Positions 32,619 to 37,333 of a stretch of 37,333 nt of DNA are shown here, in pieces. The DNA comes from an uncultured Desulfobulbaceae bacterium. GTDB lineage: Bacteria; Desulfobacterota; Desulfobulbia; Desulfobulbales; Desulfobulbaceae. The position numbers were made by a program, and so were the translations under genes. The notes beneath the pieces were generated by a model. That model was given only the letters and a program-made list of their open reading frames with translations, was not told the origin of the DNA and did no database searches. The stretch is taken from assembly GCA_945787305.1 (NCBI GenBank), contig CALZIH010000016.1, positions 1 to 37,333 on the forward strand. Reading direction: 5' to 3'. The stretch's first letter is position 1. Every line of letters begins with the position of its first letter.

Positions 32619-33839
32619 TTACTTTTCCTTGAAGCGGAGGAGCATTGAGAGAATCGCCGCGCAGAACGTACAAGTTCCCGCCATAAAAAAGGCAGGCATG
32701 AAGCTGCCGGTTTTTTCGGCCAGTCCTCCGGCAATGGCAGGGCCGGTTATCTGTCCCAGGGCAAAAATAAAGGTGATGATTCCAAAGACGCGGGCTGTTT
32801 TTTCCGGGCTGGTATGATCGCCAACCAGGGAAGCCATGATGGAAGGGATGCTCCAGGCGACGATGCCGAAACAGCCAATTGAACAATATAAGAAAAATGA
32901 AGGCAGGGGAAAGGCGACAAGCAGGTAGCTGACGGTTTGGATTGCAAACACTAAAGCCAGGGTCGTACTCCTGCCGATCTTGTCGGACAGGGTACCGAAG
33001 ACTGGCCCTGAAAAGAGGCTGCACAATCCCACCATTGCCCAGAAGTTTCCTGCAACAGCTTCAGAAAATCCATGTTCGTTCACCATGGTGGTTACAATAA
33101 ACGTTGCATAAATAACATAGGTGAAACCAAAGCAGAGGTAGATGATACCCAGGTGGATGATCTGTTTTTTTGAAATATTTCTGGTTTCGTCTGCTTGCCT
33201 GAATGAAGGGCTATTGCCCAAAGGGACAAGGCCAAGTTCCTTCGGACTGTTGCGGAGTACGGCCAGACAAAGCAGCGATACTGCCAGCACGATTAAACCC
33301 AGAATTTGCCAGCTTAGTCGCCAGCCCTGCGCACCGCCGATACTATTGAGGTAGGGGATCAGTTTTCCGGCAAGGAGAATGGCAAAGCCGCTGCCGATGA
33401 CGATGAAACCGGTGGCTCGACCCCTGTGACTTTTGCGAAACCAGGAAGAGGCAAGGGCCATAATAGGTACGTTGGCACCGCCGCTGCCCATACCGGTGAT
33501 CGTGTACAGGGTGCAAAGAACCCAAAAGGCATGCAGTTTTCCTATGGCTATCATGGTGGTGCCGATGGCTAACAGCGAGAAAAAAATGACAGACCGATAG
33601 CCAAAGCGACGGGTGAGGGGACTGCAGAGCAGCACTGCGGCGAGGTATCCCACAAAGTTCATGGTCGAGAGCAGTCCCATCTGACTGTAGGTGAGCGCAA
33701 GAGATTCGCCCATGGCCGGTAAGAGCATGCCCAGGGCAAAACGGCCAAGACCAAGGCTTGCAAAGACGCAAAGCATGCCGGCCCAGACGATATGCCAACC
33801 GTAATATATTTTTTGTTTAGGTTGGGGGGGAGGGCTCAT
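32619..33839 (-). CDS. MFS transporter (YbfB/YjiJ-like by recollection)
   Basis: 406-aa ORF, about 12 hydrophobic helices, N-terminal IYYGWHIVWAGMLCVFASLGLGRFALGMLLPAM. Convergent with the fad operon. Confidence 0.85.
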   Translation of the reverse strand: MSPPPQPKQKIYYGWHIVWAGMLCVFASLGLGRFALGMLLPAMGESLALTYSQMGLLSTMNFVGYLAAVLLCSPLTRRFGYRSVIFFSLLAIGTTMIAIGKLHAFWVLCTLYTITGMGSGGANVPIMALASSWFRKSHRGRATGFIVIGSGFAILLAGKLIPYLNSIGGAQGWRLSWQILGLIVLAVSLLCLAVLRNSPKELGLVPLGNSPSFRQADETRNISKKQIIHLGIIYLCFGFTYVIYATFIVTTMVNEHGFSEAVAGNFWAMVGLCSLFSGPVFGTLSDKIGRSTTLALVFAIQTVSYLLVAFPLPSFFLYCSIGCFGIVAWSIPSIMASLVGDHTSPEKTARVFGIITFIFALGQITGPAIAGGLAEKTGSFMPAFFMAGTCTFCAAILSMLLRFKEK

Positions 33840-33968
33840 GGAACGGTGCGTTCAATGGTTTGGGCTTTGGCGAAATTGTTTCTTCGTATGCACAGCCGGT
33901 CAAAGGGAAAGAATTGCCTGGTTTGCTGCTGTAGTAATCCAGGTTTGCTCTCTGAGGCAGATCAAGCA

Positions 33969-36098
33969 TCACGGTTCGCGAAGGGAAAGGGAGATTCGTT
34001 TTCTCTGTTTATCCACTTCAAGGACCCGGACCAAGACCTGCTGGCCCACCTTAACCACCTCTGCGGGATCTTTGACAAATCTGTTTGCCAGCTGACTGAT
34101 ATGCACCAGGCCGTCCTGGTGGACTCCGAGATCGACAAAAGCGCCAAAGCGGGTGACATTGGTTACAATACCCGGCAATCGCATCTCAGAAATCAGATCA
34201 TCAATGGTGTGCACATTTTCGGCAAAGGAAAAAACGGTAAACTCCTGGCGTGGATCGCGACCAGGTTTGGCGAGTTCTCCCAGGATGTCCTGCAGGGTCG
34301 GCAAGCCGAGCGAGTCAGAAACATAGCTATGCAGATTGATCTTTTGTCTGAGTTCCTGTTTGTTGATCAGATCGTTGACGGAGCAGCCGAGATCAGCAGC
34401 CATGTTCATCACGGTCTTGTAACGTTCCGGATGGACGGCTGAATCGTCCAGCGGGTTTTCCGCACCATGGATACGCAGGAAGCCGGCGCATTGTTCAAAT
34501 GCCTTTGCCCCAAGCCTGGGGACCTTCAATAATTGTTTTCTATTGGTAAACGCCCCATGTTCATCCCGATAGGCAACGATATTCGCAGCCAGGACCGACC
34601 CCAGGCCCGATACATAGGCGAGTAGCTCAGGCGAGGCGCTGTTGACCTCAACGCCGACGCTGTTGACGCAGCTGACCACTACATCTTCCAAGCCCTTTCT
34701 CAAATCGCCCTGGTTTACGTCGTGCTGGTACTGGCCGACGCCGATTGATTTTGGGTCGAGCTTGACCAGTTCCGCCAGCGGATCCTGGAGACGGCGGCCT
34801 ATAGAAACAGAGCCGCGAACAGTGACGTCATGATCAGGAAACTCGCGACGGGCCACTTCAGATGCTGAATAGATCGAAGCCCCACTTTCGTTGACTAGCG
34901 TTACAAGAATGTTGTTCTCCAGGTCAAGGCTACGGATGAACTCCTCTGTTTCACGACTGGCCGTACCGTTGCCGATGGCAATGGTTTGAATGTGGTGGCG
35001 TTGACACAGCTTATATACTATTTTTGCCGCTTCCTCTTGTTTGCGTTCACCGTGCGTCGGATAGATGGTTGTGAAGTCGAGTAATCTGCCGTGGCCATCC
35101 AGGCAGACCAGTTTGGTTCCGGTGCGGAAACCGGGGTCAAGGGCCATAACCGTTTTTTGGCCAAGGGCAGGCGCTAAAAGTAATTCGCGAAGATTTTCAG
35201 CAAAGACCTGGATGGCTTCCTTATCAGCCCGCTCCTTGAGGTTGGTTCGCAGTTCCTTTTCCAGGGAAGGGCCAAGCAACCTCTTATAACTTTCTGCAAC
35301 AGCTCTTTTCAAGTGATCCCCAAGTTTTCCTTTAGGCGGATACCGAGTGTTGAGAATGGTCATGGCCTGATCATCATCGGGCTTGATTGACAGCCTGAGG
35401 AATTTTTCGGTCTCACCGCGAAATATAGCAAGTAAACGGTGCCCGGGCGCCTTACGAGCTTCTTCCTGCCAGTCAAAGTAGTCACGGAATTTGGCTCCGG
35501 CCTCCTGGTGCTTTTTTACGACCGTAGAACGGATTATCGCCTTTTCGGCAAAGAGCCTGCGCAGGCGCGACCGCACAGTCGAATCTTCACTGACCCACTC
35601 GGCGATCACATCCCTGGCCCCTGCCAGAGCATCGTCCTCGGTGGTTACGCCTTTTTGCGGGTCAATAAAGGATGCAATTGTAAGCTCGTTGTCATGGCCG
35701 GTAAAGATAGCCTTGGCCAGGGGTTCCAAACCCTTTTCTCTGGCAACCATTGCCCTGGTTTTTCTTTTCAGCCTGTAGGGCAGGTAGATATCTTCCAACG
35801 ATGCCAGATCGTTTGCATTGTGCAGGTTGGCCTTCAGTTCGCTGGTTAAGAGGTCTCTTGTGGAGAGGGAATCCATGATCGTCTGACGGCGTTTATCCAG
35901 TTCACCTAGCCTGGCCAGCTGGTCGCGAACGGCTGATATCTGGGTTTCATCAAGAGAACCCGTCACCTCTTTTCTATATCTTGAGATAAAGGGAACCGTT
36001 GCCCCTTCGGCCAGGAGAGCTGCTGTGGCCGTCACCTGTTTGACCGAGACCTGGATGTCGCCGGCAATACGGTTATGATAGTGTTGCATCTGATCCAT
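33969..36098 (-). CDS. tex: Tex-like RNA-binding transcription accessory protein
   Basis: 709-aa ORF. N-terminal ATVPFISRYRKEVTGSLDE, a YqgF/RuvX-like core (VMALDPGFRTG), an HhH region, and a C-terminal S1 domain GIVTNVTRFGAFVDLGVHQDGLVHISQL. Confidence 0.93.
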   Translation of the reverse strand: MDQMQHYHNRIAGDIQVSVKQVTATAALLAEGATVPFISRYRKEVTGSLDETQISAVRDQLARLGELDKRRQTIMDSLSTRDLLTSELKANLHNANDLASLEDIYLPYRLKRKTRAMVAREKGLEPLAKAIFTGHDNELTIASFIDPQKGVTTEDDALAGARDVIAEWVSEDSTVRSRLRRLFAEKAIIRSTVVKKHQEAGAKFRDYFDWQEEARKAPGHRLLAIFRGETEKFLRLSIKPDDDQAMTILNTRYPPKGKLGDHLKRAVAESYKRLLGPSLEKELRTNLKERADKEAIQVFAENLRELLLAPALGQKTVMALDPGFRTGTKLVCLDGHGRLLDFTTIYPTHGERKQEEAAKIVYKLCQRHHIQTIAIGNGTASRETEEFIRSLDLENNILVTLVNESGASIYSASEVARREFPDHDVTVRGSVSIGRRLQDPLAELVKLDPKSIGVGQYQHDVNQGDLRKGLEDVVVSCVNSVGVEVNSASPELLAYVSGLGSVLAANIVAYRDEHGAFTNRKQLLKVPRLGAKAFEQCAGFLRIHGAENPLDDSAVHPERYKTVMNMAADLGCSVNDLINKQELRQKINLHSYVSDSLGLPTLQDILGELAKPGRDPRQEFTVFSFAENVHTIDDLISEMRLPGIVTNVTRFGAFVDLGVHQDGLVHISQLANRFVKDPAEVVKVGQQVLVRVLEVDKQRKRISLSLREP

Positions 36099-36157
36099 GG
36101 AATAGTATCTCGAATCTATGTGTTATTTTTTGTATGGAGCATGCATCGGGACCTGAT

Positions 36158-36604
36158 TTACCCAATGCTACCGGTCGTCACTGCTGCAATGAGGGCGTAG
36201 CGGGCTAATTTACCGCTAAAGGCCAGCAGAGAGAACTGAAGAAAATTAAGACGCAATGTCCCTGCAACCAGGCAGAGCGGATCACCAATCAATGGGAGCC
36301 AGGAAAGTAAGAGTGACCAGGATCCGTATTTACGAAAAATTGTTGCGGCTTTATCCGATTGATCCGAATCGATCCGTAACACCTTGTGCATGATAAATGT
36401 CGAACCCCAGAGGCCTATTACGTAGGTGGTGCATGCACCGAGATAATTTCCGATTGTTGCCACGGCAACGACTTGTTCTGCATCAAACGAGTGAAGGATC
36501 AGACCGATGAGCAGCCACTCGGAACCCAGAGGTACAACGGTTGCCGCCAGAAAGCTGAGGGCAAACAGGGCCGGCAGGCCGCTATGTAGCAGAAATTCTT
36601 CCAT
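36158..36604 (-). CDS. yqaA: YqaA-family (DedA-related) inner-membrane protein
   Basis: LPALFALSFLAATVVPLGSEWLLIGL and LLLSWLPLIGDPLCLVAG match the YqaA pattern. Starting at ATG 36604 gives 148 aa, close to E. coli YqaA; the ORF track starts at 36643. Confidence 0.8.
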   Translation of the reverse strand: MEEFLLHSGLPALFALSFLAATVVPLGSEWLLIGLILHSFDAEQVVAVATIGNYLGACTTYVIGLWGSTFIMHKVLRIDSDQSDKAATIFRKYGSWSLLLSWLPLIGDPLCLVAGTLRLNFLQFSLLAFSGKLARYALIAAVTTGSIG

Positions 36605-36649
36605 CTTTACGTTGTTTGCAGCAGCTTGACCAAGGACAAACATGAGCGC

Positions 36650-37059
36650 TTGATTTTTTGATATCCATTACATTCCAGGTGTCCAGAGCATCGCCGATGC
36701 GAAGGTTGAGGTTTTCCCTTCTGCCCCGGTTCAGACCATGATCGCCTATTAATTTGTCTGTCAGTCCTCGCAGTTTCCAAATAATATCATAAGTATACCG
36801 TCAGGTTTGCCCGCCAAGAGAATTTAGGCGAAAGGATCGGGACCGGCATGATGTATCGTTTGAGGCCCATGACCTCGGCTGCTGCAAGCAGCATCTCCCT
36901 GAAACTCATGGCAGACGAGCCTATGTCAACCAGGTGGTTTTCACTCGTTTCTTCCAGGGTTATTGATTTTTCCAGGTAATTGACAACGTCCTCAAGTCTT
37001 CTGCCAATATAGCCGGTTGCTCCTGTAAGGAGTATATTATGCAAATTTTTATCAGGCAT
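36650..37059 (-). pseudogene. Remnant of an NAD(P)-binding SDR/NmrA-like plus DUF2867 gene (internally deleted and frameshifted)
   Basis: The Rossmann start ILLTGATGYIGRRL is joined after about 20 aa directly to C-terminal-type sequence (...MSFREMLLAAAEVMGLKRYIMPVPILSP). After the stop, another frame reads IWKLRGLTDKLIGDHGLNRGRRENLNLRIGDALDTWNV, which is DUF2867-like. The remnant runs into the yqaA start region. Confidence 0.6.
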
Positions 37060-37333
37060 GGTTGCGAAGTTTCAATTCAATGGGGTGGGGGTGAATGTAC
37101 ATTTGCGCTGCCAGGTATTCCTGACCGTATTTTCATTCATGGCGACCGAATTCCTCTTGTCAAGGTATAGAGTCCATTTAGTGATAGGGTAAAAGTACCT
37201 TGTTTCCATTGATGAGTTTTTTTTGATATTTTATATGATGAATTGGCGATATTTCTTTTCGGGAGTATAAGAACAAGGAATAGAAGTTACAACCTTATCC
37301 TGTTTTCTTTCCTGAAGGCTATTTACTCTTCAC

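Noticed and set aside
1-37333. Scan of the intergenic regions for tRNA/rRNA genes, CRISPR repeat-spacer arrays, integrase/transposase genes and toxin-antitoxin-sized gene pairs.
   Set aside because: I found no cloverleaf-like sequence, no regularly spaced direct repeats and no recombinase motifs by eye. A tRNAscan/Infernal/CRISPR-finder run would be needed to be definitive.

Overview
This 37.3-kb window looks like a chromosomal segment from an anaerobic Desulfobacterota/deltaproteobacterium-like genome. That origin is inferred from gene content only. The left half is housekeeping: hisS-aspS, an NMO-family flavoenzyme, pcnB, an EEP-family hydrolase, a porin, clpS-clpA, and holA preceded by an 840-aa unknown exported protein. 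The centre holds a tightly packed four-gene operon (EamA transporter, DUF2905, a Cys-rich deaminase-like protein, an RluA-type pseudouridine synthase). It is followed by a small accessory islet (about 18.9-22.9 kb) with two secreted EF-hand mini-proteins and an orphan membrane-protein plus metallophosphoesterase pair. The right half is a FadD-like/FadI/FadJ/FadE beta-oxidation operon ending in an acyltransferase/alpha-beta-hydrolase fusion, then an MFS transporter, tex and yqaA. I saw no rRNA, tRNA or CRISPR array. Two things are not explained by the genes. First, there are three families of short non-coding MITE-like elements with terminal inverted repeats and their own target-site duplications (A x2, B x2, C x1), and several sit on or next to stop codons. 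Second, there are four decayed genes: pgeF, the 3' end of clpA, fadE (broken by a 35-bp tandem duplication) and an SDR/DUF2867 remnant. The best candidates for undescribed biology are the split deaminase-like/RluA pair, the 840-aa protein with a possible His/Cys caspase-like C-terminal domain, the orphan membrane protein plus phosphoesterase cassette, and the acyltransferase-hydrolase fusion. All functional calls rest on motifs read by eye and remembered family signatures. No searches were run.
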